Shown here: in pieces, positions 39,711 to 49,622 of the stretch
How the letters are laid out: every line of letters begins with the position of its first letter
Position numbering within the stretch: the first letter of the stretch is position 1
NCBI GenBank assembly: GCA_025463745.1
Contig: JAODBB010000233.1
Coordinates: forward strand, 202-64,201
Source: Subtercola sp.
GTDB lineage: Bacteria; Actinomycetota; Actinomycetes; Actinomycetales; Microbacteriaceae
DNA: 64,000 nucleotides
Direction of reading: 5' to 3'
Program-made: the position numbers and the translations under genes
Notes under the pieces: generated by a model
The model's database searches: none
The model's input: the letters and a program-made list of their open reading frames with translations, nothing else
Told to the model about the DNA's origin: nothing

Positions 39711-39775
39711 GCGACCGACGCGGCGCGGGCGCGAAATGTCGTGCTGCACGCCCCGCGCTCGCTAACGTGTCTTGC

Positions 39776-40297
39776 GTGACCGCCATCGAGAACTCCGTCA
39801 AGCCCATCAATCTGCCGCTGAGGAAGCGCCCGTACGATATCGCCTTCATCGTGATCTTCGGGTTGTTCATCATCACGTGCATCATCAGCGACTCGGTCGA
39901 GGGGCTGGGGCTCGACCAGGTCGCCAACTCCTCCAACCTGCTGGTGCAGTGGAACTACACCTACTCCTCGAACTTCGACCCGCTGTACCAGTCGCACCCG
40001 TTGTGGCTGCGCTTCATCAGCGGCACTTCGGCGTTCGTCTACGTGGGCTTCTACATTCTGCTGATCATTTCGCTGGTCAAGGGGTTCAACTGGATTCAGC
40101 TCTACAGCGTCATCTACGCCACCATGATCATTTCGCTGACGGGCATCCCCATCTTCGGGGTGGAGTTCTTCGGGCCGGTCGGCGAGCGCACTCCGAATCC
40201 CGGCATCTTTCTGCTCTACAACGGCCCGTACATCCTGTTCCCACTTCTGCTGCTCATCCGAATGCGCAAGCCGCTGCCCTTCACGCGCGTCTTCTGA
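39776..40297 (+). CDS. EXPERA (EBP/TMEM97-like) membrane protein
   Basis: PL.KRP.D, DPL....PLW, IYA, YN.PY...PLLL; 4 TM; TAACGT -10 before GTG. Confidence 0.72.
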   Translation: MTAIENSVKPINLPLRKRPYDIAFIVIFGLFIITCIISDSVEGLGLDQVANSSNLLVQWNYTYSSNFDPLYQSHPLWLRFISGTSAFVYVGFYILLIISLVKGFNWIQLYSVIYATMIISLTGIPIFGVEFFGPVGERTPNPGIFLLYNGPYILFPLLLLIRMRKPLPFTRVF

Positions 40298-40437
40298 GGC
40301 CAGCCACCGTCTGACGCCCTCGCGTTCAGCGGCTGTTCGTCAGGGCGCCGCCGAAGGGGGCCTAGTGGCAGGCAACCGAGGTGCCTAGGCTGGGCCGGGA
40401 GGTGGTGATAGTTCGCCGCCGCCAGGAGGGTTCAGCC

Positions 40438-42906
40438 ATGACAGATCCAGCCGCAACAACAGCCACCGTGGGTTCGCCCTGGCCGACCCGCGAACCCGAA
40501 CGGCTCCAAGGCGAGGAGCTGCAGCGCGTGAACGCCTGGTGGCGCGCCGCCAACTATCTCTCCATCGGTCAGATCTACCTGCTCGACAACCCGCTGCTGA
40601 AATCGCCTCTCAGTCGCGACGATATCAAGCCCCGGCTGCTCGGGCACTGGGGCACCACTCCGGGCCTGAATTTCATCTACGCACACCTGAACCGCATCAT
40701 CCAGCAGCGCGAGCAGGCCACGCTCTACGTAACCGGCCCGGGCCACGGAGGCCCAGGCATGGTGGCGAACGCCTACCTCGACGGCACGTACTCCGAGGTC
40801 TACTCCCCCATCGGCCAGAACGAAGAGGGCCTGCGCCGCCTCTTTCGGCAGTTCTCGTTTCCCGGCGGCATCCCGAGCCACGATTCCCCCGAGACTCCGG
40901 GCTCCATTCATGAGGGCGGCGAGCTGGGCTACTCGCTCAGCCACGCCTACGGTGCCGCGTTCGACAACCCGAATCTGCTGGTCGCCTGCGTCGTCGGCGA
41001 TGGTGAGGCAGAAACCGGGCCGCTCGCCACGAGTTGGCACTCGAACAAGTTTCTGGATGCCGCACAAGACGGCGTCGTTCTGCCGATCTTGCACCTCAAC
41101 GGTTACAAGATCGCGAACCCCACCGTTCTGGCGCGCATCCCCGATGATGAGCTGCTCGACCTGATGCGCGGCTATGGGCACAACCCGCACATCGTCTCGG
41201 GCGGTTTCGACGACGAAGACCCGCTGCTCGTGCACCAACGCATGGCCGAGACGCTCGACGAAGTGCTGAACGAGATCGCCGAGATCAAGCGTCAGGCCGC
41301 CGACGGAAGCCTGGTCGGCACAGCCCGCTGGCCCATGATCATCTTGCGCACTCCGAAGGGCTGGACCTGCCCGAAAGAAATCGACGGCCTGCCCGTCGAG
41401 AACACCTGGCGCGCCCACCAGGTGCCGCTCGCCAACGCCCGCGACACCGAGGCTCACACGCGCATTCTCGAAGACTGGCTGAAGAAGTACAAGCCAGAAG
41501 AGCTATTCGATGAGAACGGCACCCCCATCGACTTCATCACCGAATTGGCCCCGAAGGGCGATCTGCGCATGAGCGCAACGCCCTTCGCCAATGGCGGCCT
41601 CCTGCGCCGCGAGCTGAACCTGCCCGATTTTCGCGACTACGGCGTCGAAGTGCTGGCGCCCGGCGCCACAGAAGAGTCGGCCACGAAGGTGCTCGGCGAC
41701 TGGCTGGCCGATGTCATCGCCGAGAATCCCGACAACTTTCGCATCTTCGGCCCCGACGAAACGGCGTCGAACCGCCTGCAGGGCGTCTACAAGTCCACCG
41801 ACAAGCAGTGGAATTCTGCAATCTGGCCCATCGACGAGCACCTCGCCCGCGCCGGCCGCGTCATGGAGGTGCTGAGTGAGCACCAGTGCGAAGGCTGGCT
41901 CGAGGGCTACCTGCTCACGGGTCGGCACGGCCTGTTCAATTGTTACGAAGCGTTCATCCACATCATCGACTCCATGGCGAACCAGCACGCGAAGTGGCTG
42001 AAGGTGTCGCGCACCATTCCGTGGCGCCGCTCGATCTCCTCGCTGAACTACCTGCTCTCGTCGCACGTGTGGCGCCAAGACCACAACGGATTCAGCCACC
42101 AAGACCCCGGTTTCATCGACCACATGGTCAACAAGAAGGCCGACGTCGTGCGCGTGTACTTGCCGGTGGATGCAAATACCCTCCTCAGCACGTATGACCA
42201 TTGCCTGCGTTCCGTCGACTACATCAACGTGGTCGTGGCCGGCAAGCAACCCGCTCCCAACTGGCTCAGCATGGAGGAAGCGATCGCTCACTGCACCCGC
42301 GGTCTCGGCATCTGGCCGTGGGCGGGCACCGAGGTCGCCGGCGAAGAACCCGACGTGGTGCTGGCCTGCGCGGGCGACGTTCCCGCGCTCGAGACGCTCG
42401 CCGCGGCCGCACTGCTGCGCGAACACCTGCCCGCGCTCAAGGTCAGAGTCGTGAACGTAATCGACCTGATGCGCCTTCAGTCGGCAACCGAGCATCCGCA
42501 TGGCCTGGCAGACGACGAGTTCGACACCATCTTCACGACCACCAAACCCGTGGTCTTCGCCTATCACGGCTACCCGTCGCTCATTCACCGCCTCACCTAT
42601 CGCCGCACCAGCCACAACAATATGCACGTGCGGGGATATAAGGAAGAGGGCACCACGACCACACCGTTCGACATGGTGATGCTCAACGACCTCGACCGGT
42701 ATCACTTGGTCATGGACGTGATCGACCGTGTTCCCGGGCTCGCCGTCGTCGCTGCGGGGTTGCGACAAGAGATGCAGGATTCTCGCATGCGCGCGCGGGC
42801 ATATACCCGCGAACACGGCGAAGACATCCCCATCGTCGCCGACTGGAGCTGGGCCGGCACGGCGCAGACCTCGCTGGCCGAAGACACCGGCGGTGACAAC
42901 GCCTGA
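40438..42906 (+). CDS. xfp: Xylulose-5P/fructose-6P phosphoketolase
   Basis: [51 protein letters not shown]. Confidence 0.97.
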   Translation: MTDPAATTATVGSPWPTREPERLQGEELQRVNAWWRAANYLSIGQIYLLDNPLLKSPLSRDDIKPRLLGHWGTTPGLNFIYAHLNRIIQQREQATLYVTGPGHGGPGMVANAYLDGTYSEVYSPIGQNEEGLRRLFRQFSFPGGIPSHDSPETPGSIHEGGELGYSLSHAYGAAFDNPNLLVACVVGDGEAETGPLATSWHSNKFLDAAQDGVVLPILHLNGYKIANPTVLARIPDDELLDLMRGYGHNPHIVSGGFDDEDPLLVHQRMAETLDEVLNEIAEIKRQAADGSLVGTARWPMIILRTPKGWTCPKEIDGLPVENTWRAHQVPLANARDTEAHTRILEDWLKKYKPEELFDENGTPIDFITELAPKGDLRMSATPFANGGLLRRELNLPDFRDYGVEVLAPGATEESATKVLGDWLADVIAENPDNFRIFGPDETASNRLQGVYKSTDKQWNSAIWPIDEHLARAGRVMEVLSEHQCEGWLEGYLLTGRHGLFNCYEAFIHIIDSMANQHAKWLKVSRTIPWRRSISSLNYLLSSHVWRQDHNGFSHQDPGFIDHMVNKKADVVRVYLPVDANTLLSTYDHCLRSVDYINVVVAGKQPAPNWLSMEEAIAHCTRGLGIWPWAGTEVAGEEPDVVLACAGDVPALETLAAAALLREHLPALKVRVVNVIDLMRLQSATEHPHGLADDEFDTIFTTTKPVVFAYHGYPSLIHRLTYRRTSHNNMHVRGYKEEGTTTTPFDMVMLNDLDRYHLVMDVIDRVPGLAVVAAGLRQEMQDSRMRARAYTREHGEDIPIVADWSWAGTAQTSLAEDTGGDNA

Positions 42907-42908
42907 GC

Positions 42909-44282
42909 TCAGGGCGTCGAACGCGACTCCGCGGCGGCGGCAATGACAGCGGCGCCCCACCGATCGACCAACGTGCGAGCGATTCCGAACACACCGACCG
43001 CGAGCGCAGCACCCGCTGAAACCACAAAGGCACTGAACGCTGTGCCTCCATCGATCGCGATGCCGGTGAGTGCACCGCCGAGCGTCACGCCAATCGACAG
43101 CCCGATCGACGGCCAGGTCAGCGCCTCGGTCAGCCGCGACTCGTCGACGCGAGACGCGATCAGCGACGTTCCGGAAATGAGCACCGGCGTGGTGACGAGC
43201 CCGGCCACGAAAATCAGACTGGTCAGCACCGCCGGGCTGTGGAAGAGCAGCAAGCTCGGCACAACCACCGCATACGCGATCGCACTGACCAACACTCGCG
43301 TCGAAGCTGCCCAATTGGCGCTCAGTGGACCGAACGCGAACCCCGCGACAACGCTGCCCACGGCTAACACAGCCAGAATCAGGCCGGCCAGCCAGGTCTG
43401 ACCGGCTTCCCGAGCCACACCCACCGCTGCCACGTCGATCGAGGCAAAGACGACGCCGACGCCGAGATAGATCGGCAGCAGCCCCGCGACACCCACGGGC
43501 AGCCGAAAACGCCGCCGTGGCGGTGCGGCCCGCTCGTCGCCGAACACGGCAGACGCGCGATCCGTGAGCGCCGCACCCACAGGCCCAGCAACCGCAGGCG
43601 CTGCTACCACCGACGCGGTGGCCGCAGGCGCAGCAACCTCGACCATCGCCGCACCAGCGCTACGGCGCACCGGGGGAATGGTGGCCCGTTGGCTCCACAA
43701 CCACAGCCCACCCAGCACCGTCACCACCACGCCGGTCGCGAACCCGGCCACCGGCCCCGCCGATGCAGCGATCAACGTCACCACGGGTGGCCCCACCACG
43801 AACACCAACTCGTCATTCACCGCTTCAAGCGACAGCGACGTGTGCCGCTGCTGGGGCGTAGAAACCACCCCGCGCCAGCGCGCCCGAACCAGAGACCCCA
43901 TGTCGATCGAAGCGGCTCCGAGCAGAAACGCTGCCAGAAACCACGTGAAGGTCGGCGCGCCACCCACAACAGCTGCGACGAGCGCGAGGGCCGCGACCAG
44001 GGTGGCCGCCAGACTGAACGGCACGACTAGGCGCTGGCCCCGGGCATCCGTCGCCCTCGACCAGAGCGGGCCGCCCGCCGCGATACCGAGCACGATCGTG
44101 CCGGCGACCGCCCCCGCCAGCGCGAAGCTGCCCGATTGCCCTGCGACCAGCAGAATCGTGGCGATTCCCGACGTCGAACGAAGCATGCGGCCCAGCCAGC
44201 CGGCCGCGACGAACCGCCAGGCCCCTGGCGTGCGCAGAATATCGGTATACGAACCGACGAAACGGATGCGCGGAGTCGACAC
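42909..44282 (-). CDS. MFS transporter
   Basis: D.RGQR, VRARW, DELVFVVGP; 12-TM pattern. Confidence 0.88.
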   Translation of the reverse strand: MSTPRIRFVGSYTDILRTPGAWRFVAAGWLGRMLRSTSGIATILLVAGQSGSFALAGAVAGTIVLGIAAGGPLWSRATDARGQRLVVPFSLAATLVAALALVAAVVGGAPTFTWFLAAFLLGAASIDMGSLVRARWRGVVSTPQQRHTSLSLEAVNDELVFVVGPPVVTLIAASAGPVAGFATGVVVTVLGGLWLWSQRATIPPVRRSAGAAMVEVAAPAATASVVAAPAVAGPVGAALTDRASAVFGDERAAPPRRRFRLPVGVAGLLPIYLGVGVVFASIDVAAVGVAREAGQTWLAGLILAVLAVGSVVAGFAFGPLSANWAASTRVLVSAIAYAVVVPSLLLFHSPAVLTSLIFVAGLVTTPVLISGTSLIASRVDESRLTEALTWPSIGLSIGVTLGGALTGIAIDGGTAFSAFVVSAGAALAVGVFGIARTLVDRWGAAVIAAAAESRSTP

Positions 44283-44506
44283 GCTTCAGCCCTTACTGGC
44301 CGGCTCCCGAAGGCAGGAAAGCCTGCCGGCCGCTCGGGATGCGACAGTCCTCAGTTTAGCCTGTGACTCGGCCTGCTCGATGGCACGCGCGGGCGGGCAG
44401 TCGCGGCAGCGGCGGCACCTCGTGCCGCCCATTCTGGCGCCTCGCCGCTGAACGCCCGACAAAGTAGGGTTGTCGTAACCGTTCTTACCCCTCTGCGAGA
44501 GTGCTT

Positions 44507-45133
44507 ATGCAACCGAAGCTGGTGCTGTTCACTGTTGTCGGAGTGAGCTTCTCTGAACCTCGTTTCGCCTTCGAGACAATCGTTCCGCGCGACGACTCCA
44601 CGCTGTTCCTCGGTTACCTCGGCGTTCTGCCGGCGGTCACGGGCTCCGAGAATCATGGCGAATCGTACGACCGGGTGGGCGATTCGCGAACGGTGCGGCT
44701 CTCTGACGGCGCAACATTTCGCGAAGAGATCGTGCGGTACGTGCGCCCCCCGGTTCGGGATGCCTCGACCCCGGCCGATGCCCGGCACGATACCGCCGTG
44801 GCTCCAGCGTCGAGAACCGCAACGACCCTGGATGCCGCGGGTCAGGATGCCGTTGCGCAGGATGCCGCAGGCCACTTCGATTGCGACATCACGCGGTTCA
44901 CGGGCATCCTCAGCCGCATCGTGTCAGACGCCACCGCGCGGTGGACGTTCGCGCCCGGCACCCCCGGCCGCACCCGCATTACGTGGACCTACGGCTACCG
45001 CCCCCTGCCCGGCCGAACGTTTCTGGTGCGCCGGGTCATCGGCCCACTCTGGCTGCGGTACATGCGCCGCTCGATGGGCAATGCCCTCGCTGCTATCGTC
45101 GCCGAGCGCACATCGAGTCAGACGGCGGCCTGA
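44507..45133 (+). CDS. SRPBCC-family protein with low-complexity insert
   Basis: GVLPAV, VGDSRTVRLSDG...EE, WTF, TRITWTY. Confidence 0.7.
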   Translation: MQPKLVLFTVVGVSFSEPRFAFETIVPRDDSTLFLGYLGVLPAVTGSENHGESYDRVGDSRTVRLSDGATFREEIVRYVRPPVRDASTPADARHDTAVAPASRTATTLDAAGQDAVAQDAAGHFDCDITRFTGILSRIVSDATARWTFAPGTPGRTRITWTYGYRPLPGRTFLVRRVIGPLWLRYMRRSMGNALAAIVAERTSSQTAA

Positions 45134-45817
45134 GTGCCTGAGTTCATCAACATTCCCTCGCCGAGCTGGCCCCTCACCTTCGGCACGCCCGGCAACCCGT
45201 CTGTGGTACTGGTGCACGACAGCTTCGGGCGCCTGCCGTATCTCGAGTCGTACGCGCAGGCCCTTGCGAAGCGCGACTTCTACGTGGTCGTACCCGACCT
45301 GTTCAACGGGCTCGCCACCATCGAGGCGGAGGGAGCCGACGAGCTGCGGGGCACCATCGACATCGGTTTCGCCCTGGCCACGCTCGAAGACGCGGTCGAG
45401 CTGGGGCGCGGGCACGGCTTCGACGGGGCACCCGACGCGAGCATCGCGGCCCACAGTACCAAGGTGGGTGTGCTGGGCTTCGAAGTGGGCGGCTGGCTCG
45501 CCCTTCGGCTGGCCCAGGCGGGCACGGTTGACGCTGTCGTCTCCTACGCAGGAGGCCTGGGCGACGACGAGCCGGGAATCGTGCCCTGCCCGGTGCTGCT
45601 GAATTTCAGCGACAGCGGTGAGTGGGGAACGGGCTTCGAAGCCGATGCGTTCGTGAGCCGCCTGAAGGAGATGGGCACGCCAGTCGGCCGGCACACGTAC
45701 GCCGGCACGTCGAGCTTCTTCGCCAATGCGACCCTCCTCGATCGCCTCGACAAGAACGCGGCCGCCCTCGCCTTCGCCCGCTCGACGTACTTCCTGCAAG
45801 AGCAACTCGAAGGCTGA
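45134..45817 (+). CDS. Dienelactone hydrolase-family protein with degenerate active site
   Basis: VHD.FG, VPDLFNG, VGVLGF-E-VGG, AFAR...FL. Confidence 0.75.
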   Translation: MPEFINIPSPSWPLTFGTPGNPSVVLVHDSFGRLPYLESYAQALAKRDFYVVVPDLFNGLATIEAEGADELRGTIDIGFALATLEDAVELGRGHGFDGAPDASIAAHSTKVGVLGFEVGGWLALRLAQAGTVDAVVSYAGGLGDDEPGIVPCPVLLNFSDSGEWGTGFEADAFVSRLKEMGTPVGRHTYAGTSSFFANATLLDRLDKNAAALAFARSTYFLQEQLEG

Positions 45818-45841
45818 GGGGCTGCGTCAGCCCACCCCCCC

Positions 45842-45894
45842 AGCTGCGGGTTTCGGCGGGTCGTCGCCCGCCGCACCCGCCGAAACCCGCAGCT
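45842..45894. terminator. Perfect 20-bp hairpin between convergent genes (terminator or REP-like)
   Basis: AGCTGCGGGTTTCGGCGGGT-13nt-ACCCGCCGAAACCCGCAGCT. Confidence 0.7.
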
Positions 45895-45921
45895 CGATGC
45901 GCCGCCTGAAGCGATGCCCGG

Positions 45922-46440
45922 CTATCGGTTCACGTCGTACAAGTGGTGCACGGGGTCGTGAATGAAGTAGCGCGCCAAGGTGTCTATCGTGAACACCGAT
46001 CCATCGCCGCGGCGGCCCGTGCGCTGCCACTGGTCGTCGCCGACCTGCTCGAGCAGCGCGGCGAACGCCTCTCCGGCCGCTCGCAACTCGGCCGAAACCA
46101 CCGCGGGGTCTTGCTCGTTGTAGCGTTCGGCTATTGCCGTGGCATCCTGATCCCAGTTCTCGAAGGCGGGGTCGTCTTCGGCGAGCATCAGTGCCAACCG
46201 CGTTCGAAAGATGCGGAACACATCGCGCACGTGCGCCGAATACTCCAGCGTCGACCAGGTTTCGGCATCCGGTCGCTCGGCCACGTTCGGCCGCGCCAAC
46301 ACAGCGGGCCAGGCGGCCGCATTCTCGCGGGTCAGGCGCGGCACGTCGACTGCGGCGGTCGACGACGAGTCGAACCCGCACTCGGGGCACATGCGCTCGA
46401 GAACCCACGTCCAGTTCTTGGTGTCAGGAACGATAACCAT
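45922..46440 (-). CDS. DinB-family protein with N-terminal CxxC
   Basis: WTWVL..CPECGF, WS.LEY.AHVRD, HD..HH. Confidence 0.85.
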   Translation of the reverse strand: MVIVPDTKNWTWVLERMCPECGFDSSSTAAVDVPRLTRENAAAWPAVLARPNVAERPDAETWSTLEYSAHVRDVFRIFRTRLALMLAEDDPAFENWDQDATAIAERYNEQDPAVVSAELRAAGEAFAALLEQVGDDQWQRTGRRGDGSVFTIDTLARYFIHDPVHHLYDVNR

Positions 46441-46565
46441 GTCCACAGCATAGGCAGAAGACAGCTTTCGACTGCCATGAAATCTGGCCAGCATCCCATG
46501 CATTGCTGCCATCGTCACGGGTTTCCGCTCGCATCGGCACCGGATGCCCGGCTACCGTTGAGGGC

Positions 46566-46877
46566 ATGACCACTTTCTCTCCCGACGTCGTCGGCGCCAT
46601 CCTTTCGCACATGAACAACGATCACCCCGAAGACAACCTCGTCATCGTGCGCGCTTTCGGCGCCCTCGAGGCGGAGCGTGCCGAGATGATCGACCTCGAT
46701 ACGGTAGGCGGAACATGGAGCGCCTGGCTCGTGCCCGAAGACGAAACACGCCAGGTGGTCATACCGTGGCCGGCGGGCACCATCGAAACTCGCGGCGAGA
46801 TTCGCCAGCAGATCGTCGCGCTCTACGAATCGGCCGCTGCCGCCCTCGGTCTTCCCCCTCGCCACGGCGTCGAGTAA
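46566..46877 (+). CDS. DUF2470 (HugZ/GluTRBP-like heme-associated) protein
   Basis: I..HMN.DH.ED; upstream of heme oxygenase. Confidence 0.85.
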   Translation: MTTFSPDVVGAILSHMNNDHPEDNLVIVRAFGALEAERAEMIDLDTVGGTWSAWLVPEDETRQVVIPWPAGTIETRGEIRQQIVALYESAAAALGLPPRHGVE

Positions 46878-46893
46878 GCTTAGGCTACGCTTA
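46875..46893. promoter_or_regulatory. IdeR/DtxR iron box TAAGCTTAGGCTACGCTTA
   Basis: 16/19 match to TWAGGTWAGSCTWACCTWA, just upstream of hmuO. Confidence 0.75.
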
Positions 46894-46906
46894 CCCAGGA
46901 GTCGTC

Positions 46907-47560
46907 ATGCCGAATGTCATCCCCTTCTCGCAGGCCCTTCGCGAGCGCACCTGGTCTGGTCATGGCGAGAGTGAGGGCGCCGGTTTTATGACCGATCTCA
47001 TGAACGGCAAAGGCTGTAAAGACGACTACATCTCCCTGGTGGCCCAGCACTATTTCATCTACGAAGCCATCGAGTCGGCCGCCGAACGCATGAAGAACGA
47101 CTCGACCGCGGCGCCCTTCATTTCGTCGAAGCTCACTCGGTTGCCGGCGATCAGCGAAGACCTTCGCTTTCTCATCGGTGACGACTGGCTGGAAGAAATC
47201 GAACCGCTGCTGACAACCGCGCGCTATGTGAAACGCATCAACGAAGTCGGTGCGACCTGGAGCGGCGGATTCATCGCCCACCACTACACGAGATACCTCG
47301 GCGATCTTTCGGGTGGGCAGGTCATCCGCACCCTCATGCAGCGCCAGTTCGGGTTCGAGACGAACGGGGTGGGATTCTACCTGTTCTCTGACATCGCCAA
47401 CCCGCGTGAATTCAAGGAGACCTATCGCGCGCAGCTCGATGCCGTGAACTGGAGTGACGACGAGCGTGAACGAGTGATCGACGAAGTCGATGTGGCGTAC
47501 CGTTTCAATACGGAGCTGTTCATCGATTTGGCCGCCGCGAAAGCGGCAGCCGCCGCCTGA
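46907..47560 (+). CDS. hmuO: Biliverdin-producing heme oxygenase
   Basis: LRERT...H, HHYTRYLGDLSGGQ, AYRFN. Confidence 0.93.
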   Translation: MPNVIPFSQALRERTWSGHGESEGAGFMTDLMNGKGCKDDYISLVAQHYFIYEAIESAAERMKNDSTAAPFISSKLTRLPAISEDLRFLIGDDWLEEIEPLLTTARYVKRINEVGATWSGGFIAHHYTRYLGDLSGGQVIRTLMQRQFGFETNGVGFYLFSDIANPREFKETYRAQLDAVNWSDDERERVIDEVDVAYRFNTELFIDLAAAKAAAAA

Positions 47561-47618
47561 CCGCGCCGCTCGTAGACAGCGGGCGACCCGCTGGTGCGCC
47601 AAGGAACGGAAGATTCAT

Positions 47619-48320
47619 ATGAATGTCTTGCTGGTGCCCGGGTTCTGGCTCGGCGCGTGGTCATGGTCGCCCATCGCTGCGATTCTCGCCGATGCGGGGC
47701 ACACTGCGCACTCTCTGACGTTGCCCGGCCTCGAGTCTGTTAGTACCGACCGCGCCGGCATCCGTCTGGCCGATCACGTTGCGGCCGTTGTCGCCGCGAT
47801 CGACGAGATGGAGGGTGACGTTGCTCTGGTCGGGCACAGTGGCGGGGGCCCCATCAGTTACGCCGCGTCAGATCAGCGACCCGACCGGGTTTCTCGCATC
47901 ATTTATGTCGACAGCGGGCCGCTCGGCGATGGGCTGGCGATCAACCCCAACATCCCTGAACTCGAAGGCGATCTGCCGCTGCCTGCCTGGGACTTCTTCG
48001 AACCCGATGAGCTCGTGGGGCTGACGCCAGAACTGCTCGACGACTTTCGTGCGAATGCGATCCCCGAGCCGAGCGCAGTGGCGTCAGATGTTCAGACGCT
48101 CAGCGAAGACCCCCGACGATTCGACATCGCGTCGACAATCATCTCGTCGACGCTCACACCCGAGCAGTTGCAGAATTACGCCGACGCTGGTGTGCCGTTT
48201 CTCGCGGAGTTGCAGCGCCTGACCGACCTCAACGTGGTGTGGCTGCCAACCGGTCACTGGCCGCAGTTCTCGCGGCCCGAAGACCTCGCTGAGGCGATCG
48301 TCGCGGCCCTCGCGCACTAG
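47619..48320 (+). CDS. Alpha/beta hydrolase
   Basis: VPGFWLG, GHSGGG, TGHWPQFS.P. Confidence 0.88.
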   Translation: MNVLLVPGFWLGAWSWSPIAAILADAGHTAHSLTLPGLESVSTDRAGIRLADHVAAVVAAIDEMEGDVALVGHSGGGPISYAASDQRPDRVSRIIYVDSGPLGDGLAINPNIPELEGDLPLPAWDFFEPDELVGLTPELLDDFRANAIPEPSAVASDVQTLSEDPRRFDIASTIISSTLTPEQLQNYADAGVPFLAELQRLTDLNVVWLPTGHWPQFSRPEDLAEAIVAALAH

Positions 48321-49618
48321 CTGCTCTCAGCGGGCGTTGCCCGTGCCGGCTCGCGCCGCATGAAACGCTGCACATCGGTATCGACGATGATGTCGGCCGG
48401 CCGAAGCGGGCGCGTCAGGTACAAGCCCTCCAGTGACGTCAGGCGACTGAGCGCCACGTAGGTCTGGCCCGAGCTGAACACGCGCGACCCCAGGTCGACG
48501 ATGGCCTTGTCGTAGGTCTTGCCCTGCGACTTGTGAATGGTGACCGCCCACGCAAGGCGCAGTGGAAACTGCGTGAACTCACCGATCACGTCTTTGGTCA
48601 GCTGCTTGCTCGTCTGCGAATACGAATACTTGTATTTCTCCCAGCTCACCGGCTCGACTTCGTGCACCTCGCCGTCGACCTCGACCCACACCGAACCCGC
48701 GATCTTCGTGACCGTGCCCACGGTGCCGTTGACCCAGCGCTGTTCGGAGTCGTTGCGCAAGAACATCACCTGCGCGCCGGCCTTGAGCTCAAGACTCTCT
48801 TCTGCCGGATAGGCGCGCCCGCCGAAATCGCCCGAGACTTCGGCCTTGGCCGTTTTCACAGCGCCCTTCAGCCGTTTCAGGGCCTCTGCGTTGATGCGAT
48901 TGACGGAGTCGTTTCGCGTCGCGAGCGTGATGGTGCCGTCGGTGGGCGGTGTTCTCGCCCCGGCGCCGTTGAGGGCATCCGCTATTTCTTTGGTGACCAT
49001 GCCATGCCGCACGGCATTGAGCATGAATTTGAAGTCGTCATCGTGCTGCCGGTGAATCTCGGTGAGCTCGACGATGTTCAGAACCGCTTCCCGCCACACT
49101 TTCGCATCGAAGAACCACATCGACGCGTAGTGATCGGTGAAGTAGGCTCGCTCGTCGGAATCCCCGGGAACCGGGGCGAGCTGGTACGGATCGCCGAACA
49201 GCACGATCTGCACTCCGCCGAAGGCCTCGAGGGGGCGTTGCCGAGCCTGGCGCAAGCTGCGGTCGATCGCATCCATCAGGTCGGCGTTGACCATCGATAC
49301 TTCGTCGATCACCAGGGTGTCGATCGTGTTCAGAACTTTGCGCACATCGCCGCCCTGCTCGATGTCATGGTCGGCAATCACGCCGATCGGCAGTCGAAAG
49401 AGCGAATGGATGGTCTGCCCACCGACATTCAGAGCGGCCACGCCCGTCGGGGCAGAGATCACCACTTGTTTCTCGGTGTTCCACGCGAGGTGGTTGAGCA
49501 GAGTCGACTTTCCGGTACCCGCCCGCCCCGTGACGAACACGTGGTTCTTCGTGCCCTCGATCAGCTCGAAGACGCGCTGCTGTTCGGCCGAGAGCGGCGG
49601 GCCGCCTACCGTCGCCAC
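48317..49618 (-). CDS. Pif1/RecD-like SF1B helicase
   Basis: GRAGTGKS, APTGVAA, TIHS, DEVSM, GDPYQL, QFPLRLAWAVTIHKSQG, YVALSR. Confidence 0.92.
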   Translation of the reverse strand: MATVGGPPLSAEQQRVFELIEGTKNHVFVTGRAGTGKSTLLNHLAWNTEKQVVISAPTGVAALNVGGQTIHSLFRLPIGVIADHDIEQGGDVRKVLNTIDTLVIDEVSMVNADLMDAIDRSLRQARQRPLEAFGGVQIVLFGDPYQLAPVPGDSDERAYFTDHYASMWFFDAKVWREAVLNIVELTEIHRQHDDDFKFMLNAVRHGMVTKEIADALNGAGARTPPTDGTITLATRNDSVNRINAEALKRLKGAVKTAKAEVSGDFGGRAYPAEESLELKAGAQVMFLRNDSEQRWVNGTVGTVTKIAGSVWVEVDGEVHEVEPVSWEKYKYSYSQTSKQLTKDVIGEFTQFPLRLAWAVTIHKSQGKTYDKAIVDLGSRVFSSGQTYVALSRLTSLEGLYLTRPLRPADIIVDTDVQRFMRREPARATPAESS

Positions 49619-49622
49619 CGCG

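Noticed and set aside
48317-49618. Pif1-like helicase as a defence or mobile-element gene
   Set aside because: No nuclease partner or extra domain; native composition, coupled to ctaG in a core block
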